A DNA stretch of 62,986 bases, the filler included, from Pelomyxa schiedti (Eukaryota > Protista > Evosea): NCBI GenBank assembly GCA_020536535.1. It is 12 parts of 12 records of this genome, joined end to end, with 100 filler letters (N's around TTAATTAATTAA, not from the genome) between each part and the next. Parts side by side here need not be neighbours in the genome. Positions count along the whole stretch, not along the records: positions 33,104 to 39,277 come from JAHLWZ010001444.1; positions 39,378 to 45,813 come from JAHLWZ010000393.1; positions 45,914 to 48,279 come from JAHLWZ010002022.1; positions 48,380 to 62,986 come from JAHLWZ010000485.1; 8 more parts are not named here. One strand, 5' to 3'. Shown piece by piece: positions 34,695 through 49,676 of this stretch; position 1 is the stretch's first letter; each line of letters begins with the position of its first letter. A model generated the notes under the pieces. It was not told where the DNA came from and ran no database searches. It was given only the letters and a program-made list of their open reading frames with translations. Position numbers and translations under genes: made by a program.

Positions 34695-35607
34695 ATGTTG
34701 TGTTACTTGGGCAAAAGGCGACGACCGTGTTGTGTGCACTACAATACGGTTCGATCCGACTTGGAGCACTACAAGTTGGTGCTGGTAAAGTGCCATGATT
34801 GCGCGCACTTGTAGAATATATAGTATTACACACATTACGGCAATGTTAAATATAATTACAGTACTGTTCAGGTTGGAGATGATTCTGTTGGTGCGTTTTC
34901 GCACAAAAAAAAAACGCCTCCCCCAGAAGCTTATATTTTTACAAGGAAAAACATCACTTATCAGTACTGTGCTTAGTTCTGTGTTCCCTGTCGATGTTCC
35001 CTCTGTTGTGGTAAGTGAGAAGGTGTTATGTATCTCTAAGGTCTTTAGGATAACATTGTGGTGACAGGTTTTATTGGTGCCAAACCAACAACCATCAATG
35101 TATGGGATACACCAGGCAATGACAAGGTAATCTTTCTGATTTCGATTTAATTACTGATTTACTGGCAGTACGATCACTTGCGGCCCATGGCGTACCACAA
35201 TGCTGATATTATTGTGTGTTGCTATTCTGTTGTTAACCCAACCTCCTTCGAGAATGTTAAAAACAAATGGTAAATCTCTGTACTGTAGAATCATAAAATC
35301 TAAGAACTACAGGATGCCAGAGATTATACACTTCTGCTGCAGTGCCCCTTGTATTCTTCTAGGCACTCAAATTGATCTGCGGGGTAGCATTCCCACAAAG
35401 AACATGCTGTTTCAGAAACATGGCCGGTCCCCAATCACCACAGAGGAAGGAGTGGAATTGGCACGATCCCAACGCTTCCGCCGTTACATAGAATGCTCAG
35501 CCCTAAGGCACGAGGTAATTCATATCACTTCACACCTCCTTCCTAACCAACAAACCAAGAACATCGATGACTTGTTTGTCACCTGTCTGAGCTCCTCATT
35601 CTATTGA
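34695..35607 (+). CDS. Atypical Rho/Rac-family GTPase
   Basis: Spliced YKLVLVGDDSVGKT, WDTPGN, LRPMAY, SFENVKNKW, GTQIDLR, YIECSA; no CAAX box. Confidence 0.85.
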
Positions 35608-36090
35608 ATGAGAGAGGCTCTATTCCTCAACAGTTGTGTGATATGAAGGAATATTGGTTGTATATAAGACATCTGGGAGTTCGACGGCACATGGTTTGTG
35701 AGGGTCAAAAGGTAGTCCTGGCCTTTTGTTGCGACTTTTCGTTTTTGAACCGTTGATCAGCTTCGATATCGTGCACATCAAACAAATTTCATTGATCTTG
35801 TACAAATGCGTTGTTTTTCTCCTTACACAGTTCCACAATTGTGACACTTGATTTGGTGAAAACTTGTCTTCGCTGCATTTCAATTTCTGCCTTTGAAGCT
35901 TGAAAGACAGCTGTCCCGTTCTGTTTCATTTTTTAAAAACAAAACAGCACAGCGAACTCTCGAGCCGATCGACCACACGTTGCGGCACACGCACCGGATC
36001 TTAAGATCCCTTGATTGCTTTTCTTTTTTATCCGACACGCTGGCCTCCCGCAATACCGTTAATATTAATATCGAACGCGAGCCTGTTTCG

Positions 36091-37632
36091 ATGACATCAA
36101 CTCCATCTACGCCGTCTTGTACTACTCCGCCCGCGACTCCTCCGCAGTCTCAGTCATCGTCGTCCTCTTGCACAGTAACGAGGGACGACTTGAAGAAATA
36201 TTTCCACCTTCCCGTATGTTTTTAGTTTCCTTTCGGCTTGATGTTTAACATAAAGAGCAGATACAAGTAGTTGCTGGAGAACTGGGAGTTTGCACTACGA
36301 TGCTTAAGCAATTGTGCCGCAAACATGGCATTCAAAGATGGCCGCACAGGAAGGTTTGCACAAAATACACATACATCAGTAATTTTTTACACCTAATGTT
36401 GACCCAGATTCAGTCCCTTAACAACGCTATCGCTCAGCTGGAGACTACGCTGAACAAAGGAGGAATCCCTCCCGTTGTGAGAAATTTGCGATTGGAAGAA
36501 CTTGCTGTGTTGCACGCAAAGAAGGAACTCCTTCTAGAGAATCCCAACGCTGATGTGGATTTAGCACATTTACGATGTATATCGCTTCCGCATTTTTTGT
36601 TTATTCTTATTTTTTTATTAGCTGAAGTTCGACCACTTGATGCTAAGAGACCCTCACCCGGATCAGAAATGGCCACACAGTTACAGTTCAGCAATGCTAC
36701 ATCTTCCATATCTCTGATTGCGAATCTTTGCCCTGATCCTCCTCGTCAAGTTGTGTATGTTCCGACCCCTCAGCTCCCTGGCCAGAATCCCCCATCGCAT
36801 CAAGAAGTATTGACTGTACCTCCAACTCCCGCGTCTACTCCGTATCCAGAGGTCCCTGCTCCTCAGCCTAAGAAGCGGAAAATGACAAGTTCGAGCTCAT
36901 CCTGATTGCCCTTCTACTCCTAACATTATTTCCAGAGAAGCAAATAGCAGCCGAGGAACACAATAAGCTTTTGGAACTGAAAAGCGAGGTGGAAAAACTT
37001 AACCAGGAGCGCAACAGCCTCGCAAGAACCCTTCAGGAAATGTCTCAGCCTGATTATCTTCGATGGAGGGAGATGCACCATCAAATAATTCAACTAAGCA
37101 GTATGTCCCCTCTCTGTTTCCTCTTTTCCCCCCTCTAACCCATCCGGCAGACGACAACCAGAGACTGATTGCCGAAAATACGTTGATGTCCTGGCTACTG
37201 GAGACCAAGCGTGAGCGTGACTCCGCATGCTGCGCCACAACAAATGAGCCCTTCACTCCTATTTGCACGCCCACTCCTTCTCCAAGCAAAAGCCGCAGGG
37301 TACCTTCCCGCACAAGCACTCCCGGAGTTGTGTGCCCTGACATTCCGACTCCTTCTCGCACGCCTAGCCTCACGCCGCCGCTCACTCCCCCGAGCATCAC
37401 CACCCAGCTGTCACAGGCCAACTGCAGCACACCCATAACTCTGCCACCGCTTCCGTTCAGCCCTCAGGCTTCCTTGGAGAGCGGGGACAACACCCCAAAC
37501 AGCTTCAGTGGCGAAGATGACACCACAACCTGCGGCAACAACAACGAGATGCTGGCCAAGTGGGTCGCATCCTTTGTTGCGGCCAGTGCCAGCAGCAACA
37601 CCACAACCACATCGCAACCCACCAGGGCCTAG
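36091..37632 (+). CDS. RWP-RK domain transcription factor
   Basis: DLKKYFHLP/IQVVAGELGVCTTMLKQLCRKHGIQRWPHRK. Confidence 0.92.
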
Positions 37633-37972
37633 ACATCCCTGTGCCACCACCATCAACCACCCAGCCAACACATCATTTAAATACACCATACAACATACAA
37701 CCACACACTAACACCGAGCATCACCGCTCTCTTAATCGGAGTGCGATGTAGTTTGGTGTTGTATTAGGTGAGTGAAAGCTCCCCTAATATTCATACCCAC
37801 TCTAACTGCACAGTTTAAATAATACAACCCCCTCTTTTCTTTTCCCTTTTGCTTGTTCTCGTCGCTCCTCTATGCCCGAGGTGGTCTTGTCTATCTGTTT
37901 AACCGTTTGATTCGGCCTGCGTTTCGAAACGGCATTTTCGAAAATATCATAACACCACACACACGGATCGTA

Positions 37973-38873
37973 ATGTCGGGGGTGTTTTGTCGAGAGGAGT
38001 TGGTGGTGGCCCTGCCGACACTGGCACAAGCAATGCAGGCGATGCACTCGGCACACATGGCGTCGTTGTCGGCGGCAACAACAACAACAGCAACCGCCAC
38101 GGCGACGGCGAGCAGCGGCGGGGGGGCGAGGGTGATGGACGACAGCAGGGCGGAGAGGGAGTCCCAGGACGAAATCGACGCGGAGCAGATGGACGCGCTG
38201 AGGCGCATCGGCATGGCTCCCGAGCGGCTCCCCGAGCTCAAGCACGCCCTAAGGACATTCAAGGACGATGGACGTGCGTGTTTGTTGGATTAATTGCTTG
38301 TACCATTGATTGAGTGCTTATTTGTTTCCCGGGTTTTTTGTTGCTGTTTTTTTTTTTCCCTTGTTATTTCACATAGAGAGTGTTATATAGTATTCGGGGT
38401 GGTGCTGAAGAGGGCAATAACTCATATTTAAGGCAGAGATTATGTTCATGTTTCGAGCTCTGATAACATTGGAGAGCCTTGTACTAGAGGAGAAAATATC
38501 CAAGAAGACTGGTAACCCCATGCCGGCCGAGATGCAGGACCTGCAGCAAAAGCTGGAGCAGCAGCTCCGCCTTGCAGCAACGAACCCCCACCACTGCTGC
38601 ACCAACCACGGGCACGACCACGCCCACGGGCCCGGCACCTGCTCCCACGGCCATGGTGCACCACCCCCGCAGCCGCCGGTTTCCACCACAACCGCGACTG
38701 GTGCCCCGCAGACTATGACCATGGCCGCGTCCGTTCCCCCTGCAACAACAACCAGTCCCTGCGCAACATGCCCCTCCAGAACCGGCTCCGCAACAGATAG
38801 CACCCCAACTACTACTGCCTCTGCCTCTGCCCGAAAGCCGGACACTCCATCACAGCTAACAATGAGCCTGTGA
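37973..38873 (+). CDS. Hypothetical protein with His/Cys-rich tract
   Basis: GC-rich exons; HHCCTNHGHDHAHGPGTCSHGH. Confidence 0.55.
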
Positions 38874-39377
38874 ACCAATTGTGGAACACGAAGGCACAAA
38901 TATCTATCTATCAGTCAGGACACACCAGACTCCCCGCATATCAATAATCTCCTTTCGTACCTCTTTTAGTTGGAGGTCTGTGATGTGCCTGAATAATAGA
39001 TGGCCTAGCCGTATCTTGAAATGCAAGAAAGCCACGAGGGCTAACGCTTTGGAAAGTGGATATCTACATCACACCAGGTCGGTGCACCTTCAACATCAAT
39101 GATGTACACATCGTAAAAATTCAATGTTCCTTGGAAACTTCCATCTGCATCGTGCGTTCTATCGCCCAAACCTGGAAAACGAGGTTACGGTTGCGCAGAA
39201 AGCCAGGCGAAAAAGCAACTGTTGCGGTGATATCGTGCGATAACAGAAGAAAAGACTCTGACCGAAATACGGTCATTNNNNNNNNNNNNNNNNNNNNNNN
39301 NNNNNNNNNNNNNNNNNNNNNTTAATTAATTAANNNNNNNNNNNNNNNNNNNNNNNNNNNNNNNNNNNNNNNNNNNN

Positions 39378-39934
39378 AACATTGCGACAACCAAACGCAA
39401 ACCAACCAACACACAACATTCATGCAATACAACGAACACAAAAAAGCCGGAACTACGACTACGTACTCGGGATCCATGGCAACCTCCCCTGTTATTTTCT
39501 GTTTATTTTGCGTACAACTTTTTGATCTCAAGCTGGATGAATCATCCCCGTCTCTTAGGCCCCTCCCCGAGTTCTCGTCTCTGAGATGTTCCAGCAATGC
39601 ACTAATGGTAACACAGGTGTCTCAATGTGGAGTTCTCCCATCAAACAGTGAGGCTTGTTTGATTCCAAAAATACTCTGCGCAATTGAGTTTTGCGAAAAC
39701 CAAAAAAGCGAAGATCAACTCAACGCTTTCTTTTTTTCAAAAAATCAACAAGCAACACAACCACAAAAAAACAAAGGCGACACACAACCGCAACAAACAA
39801 CAAGATCTTGTAAAACAACAGCGATGAGGGAGTGTATTTGCATTCATTTGGGACAAGCCGGTGTTCAGCTCGGTAACGCCTGCTGGGAACTTTTCTGCCT
39901 CGAACACGGAATCCAGCCTGATGGCCAAATGCCT
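39378..39934 (+). repeat. Near-identical copy of the tubulin upstream region and exon 1 (ATG at 39824)
   Basis: Matches 40035-40581 with SNPs and indels, across a 100-N gap. Confidence 0.85.
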
Positions 39935-40035
39935 NNNNNNNNNNNNNNNNNNNNNNNNNNNNNNNNNNNNNNNNNNNNNNNNNNNNNNNNNNNNNNNNNN
40001 NNNNNNNNNNNNNNNNNNNNNNNNNNNNNNNNNNA

Positions 40036-42126
<2,091 letters not shown>

Positions 42127-42747
42127 AGAGACATCACCTACCTATGACAACAAACCACGGGCCCCACTCTGCACCTCCAAACCGTTAAAACCAATGGGAC
42201 ACAACCCACTGGGGACTGGTTCGGACTTGCCATCATACAAGGCCGCCAATCAGTTTCCGTGGCTTGTGTTCAAAACATAATAAATAAAGCGGGGTTCTTG
42301 GACAAAACTTTGTTCTTTCTTTTCTGCCTTTGCCACCATTCTGTTTCTTTGGCCAACAAAACGACAACCAGGCTGCGCAACATTTGTCTTTCATGTAAAT
42401 CTAATCGAAGCCAACCACGGACCTTGTTGGCATGTAGATGACACTTGACTCTGCAATCGACGGTAGTCGTGAAGTTCGAAGCTGCGGTACTGTTGATTGA
42501 AACTTTCTGTGCGGATCAGATCTGGAATGGCATTGTTGCTTTCGAAACAAAATAAAGCCAGTGATGGTGATACCTACGGTGACGCCTACTGCTAAACGCG
42601 CACGCGACGACGAGCCCGACGTGGGCCGACGAGGAGGGAAGATAGATCCAAGTTGGTTCGCTGGCCTCAGGTCATCCCCCAATTCCTTCCCCTTTTTGGT
42701 TTTTTCTTATTTTTCCCCATTTCATTTTCTTTGTCCCTGTTGTTCCT

Positions 42748-45228
42748 TTGGTTTTTCTTCTTTTTTTTCCCCCCTCTCCCGCCGTTTTGTACATTGCAAT
42801 ACAGGGCCTCATTTTACTTTTTGTGAACCTATATAGGGTTGAAACAGGGTCAGTAGAACACCTGACAGATGTATGCACGGAGGCCATTATCAACAACCGC
42901 CGTATCTTGCTGGTGTTCAACAAGACCGGCCCTGCAGCACCAGGAGAATCACGCCAGGAAGATTGGACAGAGGACGGAAACAGAGGAGGGACCAAGAGCA
43001 CCAAGAAGGCGAAAACCACGAGGAACGAGGCTGCCGGTGGCGGCGGCAAAAAAAGTGGAGCCGGGGGAGGGAAGCCAACAGGAGGCAGCACCGGGGGTGG
43101 GACTGGGAGCGGGAGTGGCTCTGGGAAAAGAGAGGCTGGAGGAGGCCGGGGTGCATCGGGTGGGGGAAGCTCTGGCTCTGGGAGCTCTGCCCCTGGCGGT
43201 GGCAGTGGCGGCGGGGGAGGAGGCCCTAATAGGAACCCTAATGCTTCCAATTTGTCCAACACTCATGAGAAGAAGAAGAAAACTAAAGGTGGGGCAAAGT
43301 CAGCAGCTACGGAAGAGGCTGAGGAGGGAAGCGAAAATCAGGAGGAGCAGGCCGCCAGTGATGTAGAGGAAGGAGTGGAGAATCCTGCTGAAGAAACTCC
43401 TGGAGCTCCTCAGAAAACCTCAAAAGCACAAAAACTTGCTTCTGGTTCAAAACAACCACAACCATCTAAACAAAAACAGCCAGCAGCAACCACTAAGAAT
43501 AAACCAACAACTGCACCAACTCCTTCACAACCAGCACAAACCAAAAAACCTCCTGAGAGTAAACCTTCTCAAGAAGAGGATGCATGGTGCAAGGTTGAAA
43601 AACGCCGACGCCCAAAACCACCACCGACATCAACATCGCCAACTGTGGTACCTACTCTTAGCCCTGTCAACTCGCATCCACCCCCAAATAAAATTGTACC
43701 AGCAGTAAAGCAAAGTCAGTCGCCTCAGTTAGTCTCTTCACCTCAGAATCCTCCTTCATCACAATCCCCAGATACAATTATCCCGCTCCAACAGTATGCC
43801 TCCCGACAAGTTCCACAACCCAGTTATACTGTGCCACAGCGGCCACCCCCACTATCTTTGCCACTGCCTCTCCCGTTACCCCTCCCGTTACCTCTCCCAC
43901 TTCCGTTGCCTCTACCAATTCCGCACCCATATTACCAGGCACCTGCACAACCACAATCTCCCACACCACCGCTATCACCAACCTCTCCAGGGCTTGTTCC
44001 CCAAAGTTACCAGACTTCACAACGACCCAGACCCCAGACAAGGACTTACTCGTCTAGTATATCGCAGTCAGGCCAAGTGATAATCAACAAGCAGCCTAAA
44101 GTTCAAATTACAAGACAACTCAAACCCCCTTCAACTCAAGCGGTTTATAGCCAAAACCAATCTACGTCAATAGATCAGCCGGAACATCAACAGTCTTCAA
44201 CTCCCGAGGTGTCTACCTCCGACAATAGGGAGCAGTCATCAAATCATATACTGCCTGCACAACCCGAAATACAACAGCCAACAATTAACCCCAACGGCAA
44301 CATTCAGGCCCAACTTCAAGCTTTCCTTATGCAACAACAAATGCAGCACGATCTTAATAAGCAGCAGATTGCCCAGCAGTCGATCTACTCCAAACCTTCT
44401 GAATCGCAGTTAGATGCAGAAACAGTTCCGGTTGATGGGCAGACACCCCTTCCGCCACAGCATGCAGGGTCACCTTCCATTCCTCAACAAGTACCAACTA
44501 ATCCCCAAGAGCTTGCACTGGCACAAGCTCACGCGGAAATTATTAAACTCCGGCAACAACTCTCCATCCTTGCCGCACACTACACACAGCAGCAACGCGT
44601 TATTCACGAGCTGAAAACTCACAACGAAATGTGTCTCTCATCCCACGAAGCACTCAACGAGACCCACATGCACCTCCTCCGCGAGAATGAAAGGCTCAAG
44701 CAGCTCCTCACAGTAACCACATCCGGCGGAGTAGCCCTAGTTGAGGACGTTGAGCAGAACGCGCTAGGGCTTCTCCCCCAAAACTACTCCAACAGCAACA
44801 GTGACCCCCGGCAAGTTTCCAACCAGACCGGGGCACCTGAATACACCCAGCAGCAGCAACAACAGCAAATGCGGCAGCAGCAACAAACACAGAGCTCCGC
44901 CCAGCCTCCGCAGCAGCCGCAGCAACAACAGCAATCACTCCAATCCAATGAACTAGGAGGCGCCGGAGTTATATTAGCATCACCACCGCAAACGCGGCAT
45001 TCCTCCAGCCCAATTGCGATAACAACAGCAACAACCAACACCGGCGGCGCACCACTAGTAGGGGGTGGAATGGGGATGATGGGACTTGTTGACCTGGACA
45101 AGTGGATGCGGGCCACTTCCATATCACCATTTGAGTCCTATTCCGCAATTCCACCCTCACAACAACAGGCCTCCTCGTCGCCGTCCTCGTCATCCGCAAC
45201 GTCTCCCTCACAACAACAACAGAGCTAG
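42748..45228 (+). CDS. Large low-complexity Gly/Pro/Gln-rich coiled-coil protein (5' exons probably upstream)
   Basis: 826-aa ORF. Confidence 0.65.
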   Translation: MVFLLFFPPSPAVLYIAIQGLILLFVNLYRVETGSVEHLTDVCTEAIINNRRILLVFNKTGPAAPGESRQEDWTEDGNRGGTKSTKKAKTTRNEAAGGGGKKSGAGGGKPTGGSTGGGTGSGSGSGKREAGGGRGASGGGSSGSGSSAPGGGSGGGGGGPNRNPNASNLSNTHEKKKKTKGGAKSAATEEAEEGSENQEEQAASDVEEGVENPAEETPGAPQKTSKAQKLASGSKQPQPSKQKQPAATTKNKPTTAPTPSQPAQTKKPPESKPSQEEDAWCKVEKRRRPKPPPTSTSPTVVPTLSPVNSHPPPNKIVPAVKQSQSPQLVSSPQNPPSSQSPDTIIPLQQYASRQVPQPSYTVPQRPPPLSLPLPLPLPLPLPLPLPLPLPIPHPYYQAPAQPQSPTPPLSPTSPGLVPQSYQTSQRPRPQTRTYSSSISQSGQVIINKQPKVQITRQLKPPSTQAVYSQNQSTSIDQPEHQQSSTPEVSTSDNREQSSNHILPAQPEIQQPTINPNGNIQAQLQAFLMQQQMQHDLNKQQIAQQSIYSKPSESQLDAETVPVDGQTPLPPQHAGSPSIPQQVPTNPQELALAQAHAEIIKLRQQLSILAAHYTQQQRVIHELKTHNEMCLSSHEALNETHMHLLRENERLKQLLTVTTSGGVALVEDVEQNALGLLPQNYSNSNSDPRQVSNQTGAPEYTQQQQQQQMRQQQQTQSSAQPPQQPQQQQQSLQSNELGGAGVILASPPQTRHSSSPIAITTATTNTGGAPLVGGGMGMMGLVDLDKWMRATSISPFESYSAIPPSQQQASSSPSSSSATSPSQQQQS

Positions 45229-45343
45229 ACATAATAAATTAAAGTGGGGTCTTCAGTTCATTTCTATTCCTGTTTTTTTTGATTGTTTAGGAGAATAGAA
45301 CAACAACAAAAAAAAAAGGATTGTTCCAAGAAAAACCCCAGGT

Positions 45344-45687
45344 ATGTACACCAACACCACACAGCAACAACGACACCCACAATTGTGGCTTTGTGACATC
45401 CGGGTCGTTCAAGGGGTTTGGGCTGAGGACCAAGTGGCCACGTTGGCCCTCGCAAGCCACTCGCCCCGCTGCGGCGCCAACTCCCCAGCACGGGCCCTGG
45501 GCCCCCACGTCGTCAAGCAATTGTGGGACTCGTGCGTCCTCGCCTGCCTGCGCCCCGTGGTCCTGGACATCCTAGCCGAGAAATCCGACCCGTCTTCCGC
45601 GTCCACGTTCCTCGGTCCGTGCCGCACCGTCTTGGTGAGGCTGACCCTGTCCCCGCTGCTGCTGGGGCTCGTCGGCCCAGTGCGCGT
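45344..45687 (+). pseudogene. N-terminal part of an SPTLG-like family member, apparently interrupted
   Basis: ATLALASHSPRCG, KQLWD, LTLSPLLLG. Confidence 0.5.
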
Positions 45688-45813
45688 CAGGGGCATAACT
45701 GGATCATGGGCGAAGGGGCGAAGGTGTCAGTGTTTTCCTCTATGAAGTCTTCGCCCAAAAACCCAAGGGGCGAAGGTTTTTGCTGTCACTTCCCTCTGGA
45801 AACCTTCGCCCCT
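45688..45813. mobile_element. Possible hAT-type MITE end
   Basis: Starts CAGGGG; GGGCGAAG(G) motif repeated in both orientations. Confidence 0.4.
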
Positions 45814-45913
45814 NNNNNNNNNNNNNNNNNNNNNNNNNNNNNNNNNNNNNNNNNNNNTTAATTAATTAANNNNNNNNNNNNNNNNNNNNNNNNNNNNNNN
45901 NNNNNNNNNNNNN

Positions 45914-46976
45914 TCTTCCACAGAAAGCCACAGAGAGAAAAAACCAACAGCATGCTGAACAAATCAACGAGGTGAACAAAAACCTTCAACAATTGCAAGA
46001 CCATCTTCACAAGAAACAAGAAGAGGAGGAAACAGTGCGGAACAGTGAAACTGAGATTCAGGAGTGTGCCAGGAACATCTCAACACTTACTAAAAAGGTT
46101 TTGGGAATGAAGTCCTCCACAACAGGAAAACCCATTGCTCCACAAGAAGGTAAAAACGCACTCACTCACAGTCTCCCTCCAATACCAACAAAACAAATCA
46201 ACACAACAGAGAGTGATACAACTGTGGATGGCATTCTAATGATCAAACCGCTCTCTGTGGTGCATGAGTATGAGCCTGTGGGTTCACAGTTTCAACGTGA
46301 TGATACATTCACACTTTGTGCTCTCTCAGATACTCTGGCACAGCTCCAAAGGTGCAAGTTTGAGGAGTGCACAAAACTTGCTGAAAAACACACAGTGCTG
46401 TCAAAGGAGCTCTCTGAGCAGGTTTTGATTGGAGGCACACTTCACAAGGGGATTGAAGAAACACAGAGAGAATGTTCAGAGCTTCAAAGAGAATTCAAGG
46501 GAAAGTTGAAGCTTCAGCAAGGGCTGGAGGGTGACGAGAAGTTCATTGGGATGCCTGGTGTGTGGTCAATGCTCTCTGAGTTGCTCCCTGAAGCTCAACA
46601 AGCCATCGTGGATCTCATGGTTTCCAAGGCAACATTATTAGGATCCTCCTCTCATCAGCATCAACACAGTCCAGAAGCAACTACAACAACAACGAGGGGC
46701 ACTGCTTCTCATACTACCAATACCACTTCCACTCTTCCAGGAGTGACAGTGAACAGCAACGGCAACAACCACAGCAGCAACATTTGCATGGAGTGTGATG
46801 AGAGGCCACCAAATGTGCTGTTTCAGCCTTGTGGTCACTCTGTCCTGTGCTCTCAGGTCTGTGTGTGTTATTCTTCTCCCATTGACACAAAAAACAACAA
46901 ACAGTGTGCCACATTCATGAAGAAATGTCCTGATTGTCGTGCAATCATCAAGGACAAAATCAATTTATCCTTGTGA
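45914..46976 (+). CDS. Coiled-coil plus C-terminal C3HC4 RING E3 ligase, 5'-truncated
   Basis: CMECDERPPNVLFQPCGHSVLCSQ/CATFMKKCPDCR. Confidence 0.88.
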
Positions 46977-48379
46977 TGCCGACACTGTCTGGGCTCCTTA
47001 CACCATGGTTTCACTGGTACTCCAGTAGTAGTTTTTGTGTACGTGGAAGGAATTCGCCTCAGTAAGAAGTTGAAGAAACGTGCTTTGTGTTTCATTATTT
47101 TCAGGGGGTGGGGACACATGTGTTCACTGTTTGGAGGCATCCCGGCCTGCTCTTCCTCCACAAACAGCTCTGAAAGCAGGCACTGCAGCGGGACTTGAGG
47201 TAAAATGCCAAAACGACTGTTTTGTGTGGGGAGTCACAGTTTGAAAGTGGTGAGTCGCAGTGTGGACCCACCACACTTCCCTTGTTATTTTTTCCACAAT
47301 CAATGTGCAGTGGCATTTCTCAAGCTGTCGCCAACAACACTGACCAACCACACCCACGCCATTAACCGTCGTCGAACCACAAGCTCCCGCACGCCAAGGC
47401 TGAGCAAAAACAAAATGATGAAAATTTTCTGAGGAAAACGGGACGCACTGGTGCGTGAAAAAGCGCAGAGATTTTTGGTGGGTGCGTAGGCCTGGTTCTC
47501 CGCACTGGGGCCTCCAAGTTGGCGGGATGGGGCTGCCCGGGGAGCGTGTTTCCAGGACACACAGAGGCTCCGTAGCCGAGAAAAACGACGCACAAAATCG
47601 ATTTTTTTACAAGACGCCGAAACCAATCAAAAAAAACTTCGCCCGGCTGGGTTTCGTTCTGAACGTCGTGTGTGCCCATGCTTTGGGTGTTGGAGGGAGA
47701 AAAATGGGAGGGAGTGGCCTCGATCACGGTGGTGCGTCAGCATGGTTTGGGTGTCAGGACAAGTCCACCACGGGTCTGGGGTGTGACGTCGAGTAAAATC
47801 ACTGCAACACGACAGTGTGGGCAACAGAGTGTTCACATGTGTTTCTGTATGTCACTCAGGAAACTGGTCTTTTTGGTATTTTACCCCAAGTCCCGGTTTG
47901 GAACCCACTCATAATCTGTCCAAGTTCAGAGACAAACGTCTAATTCCATCTTGAATTTGCTAATGCAGAACTTCACTGTGACTTCCCTTGATGAACAACA
48001 ACTCATTTCACGTGCCCACGTTTTTATCCATGCTCCTTCCCGCCTTCCCAGCTGTTTTTTTAGTAACAACACAAAGTAGGTAGGTGGTAGCCACTGGGAC
48101 TTGTTCTTTGTTGTTTGTTGTTTACGGGCCTCCCTGTGTGCGTGCTTGTTGTTGTTGCTGTTGTGGTATTGGTTGGTGTCGTTGTGAGGGAGAACCACAA
48201 GTGGAAGCGGATGATATTGCAGGAGCGAGTGATGACAGCCACTGTGTGATACTTTCATTCACTTGGTCCTGTGTAATCANNNNNNNNNNNNNNNNNNNNN
48301 NNNNNNNNNNNNNNNNNNNNNNNTTAATTAATTAANNNNNNNNNNNNNNNNNNNNNNNNNNNNNNNNNNNNNNNNNNNN

Positions 48380-49140
48380 TTGTTGTTATTGCTGTGTATT
48401 GGGGGCTTATTTTTTGTGGGACACAGGAAGATCGAGGCTAGGAGGAAATCTATTGTCAAGGCGTTATCTGACCTGCATGGGGCTCAGGCACGTAATGTAC
48501 AGTTGAGGGTAAAGGTGACAACCCTTTTGGAAAGGTGTGTTCTGTTGCCAAGTGTGAATCTTCAACTTACCAAAATTGTTAACAAAAAAAGAGGTGAAAG
48601 CGAAGCTGTGAGGGCAGAGGCACGAAGGAAGCAAAGAGAGGCACAGCTGCAAGCTATGTCTAGCAAGATTGAAAGGTTACAACGCAAGGCAACAGCTCGT
48701 GTGGCTTCCTTACCTGTAGACTGTATCTTATTTTAAACATTACTCCAAATAAATTGCAGTTCAAGCTTTGATTGTAACAAAAAACGCGGTGACGGAACAA
48801 CGTACTGCTGAACTTGATAACGCTAGAAAGATTATTCTCTCCAAGTTTATCGCCGCTGTGCCTAATTTTTCTGCAGCTGACATTAACAAGGAAGCCATTA
48901 CTCTTGAAGATGAAAAGTGAGCAATCCAATTTAGAGGAAGAAAGGACGTCCCTCTATAATTACACAGAGCAATTGCAACGGTGATTGAACTGTCCCAATC
49001 TGCTCGCCATAATATATATCCAGTCAACTGATGACTCAGGTGATAAGTTTCTTTCCGATCAGCCCAGGGAAATTCAATAGAGACAAGACACTTGTTGTAA
49101 ATATTGCACTTCCAAATTCCACTGATTTAACATGTGCGTT
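48380..49140 (+). CDS. Hypothetical coiled-coil protein (multi-exon, partial)
   Basis: Short exons separated by GT-AG introns. Confidence 0.4.
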
Positions 49141-49676
49141 TATTTTCCCATTTGCTAGTGTAACATAATGTCCAGCCATACAACCCGAGGCGCTATCACT
49201 CTCCCTACGCTATGTGCTACGTATTCTGACACAAATTGTCAAATATTACAATGTAAATATACCTATTTGTTGGCAGTTGTACCCAAATCCAATCATATGG
49301 CACACGATAAAGTACCTAGTGTTCCAACTATTCTTAGCCTAACGACCTACAGTATGAACGAGAAATATCCTCTGCAATTTGATCAAGTAACACCACAAGT
49401 TTCCATGGGACTTGATCTTCTGTGTGCTGTTGTTGTTCTACTATGTAATCACTTTGGAGAGGAGGAAATCCCCGATTCTCAATGTAGCCAGTTAATGTCA
49501 AACTTCTTGAAATTGCTGCAGCTTATCCGAATGTACAACTCTGTTATGAGAATCCCTCCTCACAAAACCATTCCAACACAGGTTTCAAACCGAGACCCGG
49601 CCTAGCCCACCTCAGCTCCCTCTTCAACCTTCACCAGCCTCATCACCACCCAAATCCCCTTTTGATGGGTTTCTAG

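Noticed and set aside
39378-39934. Second alpha-tubulin gene as a biological finding
   Set aside because: Near-identical sequence on both sides of a 100-N gap is more likely an allelic or assembly duplicate
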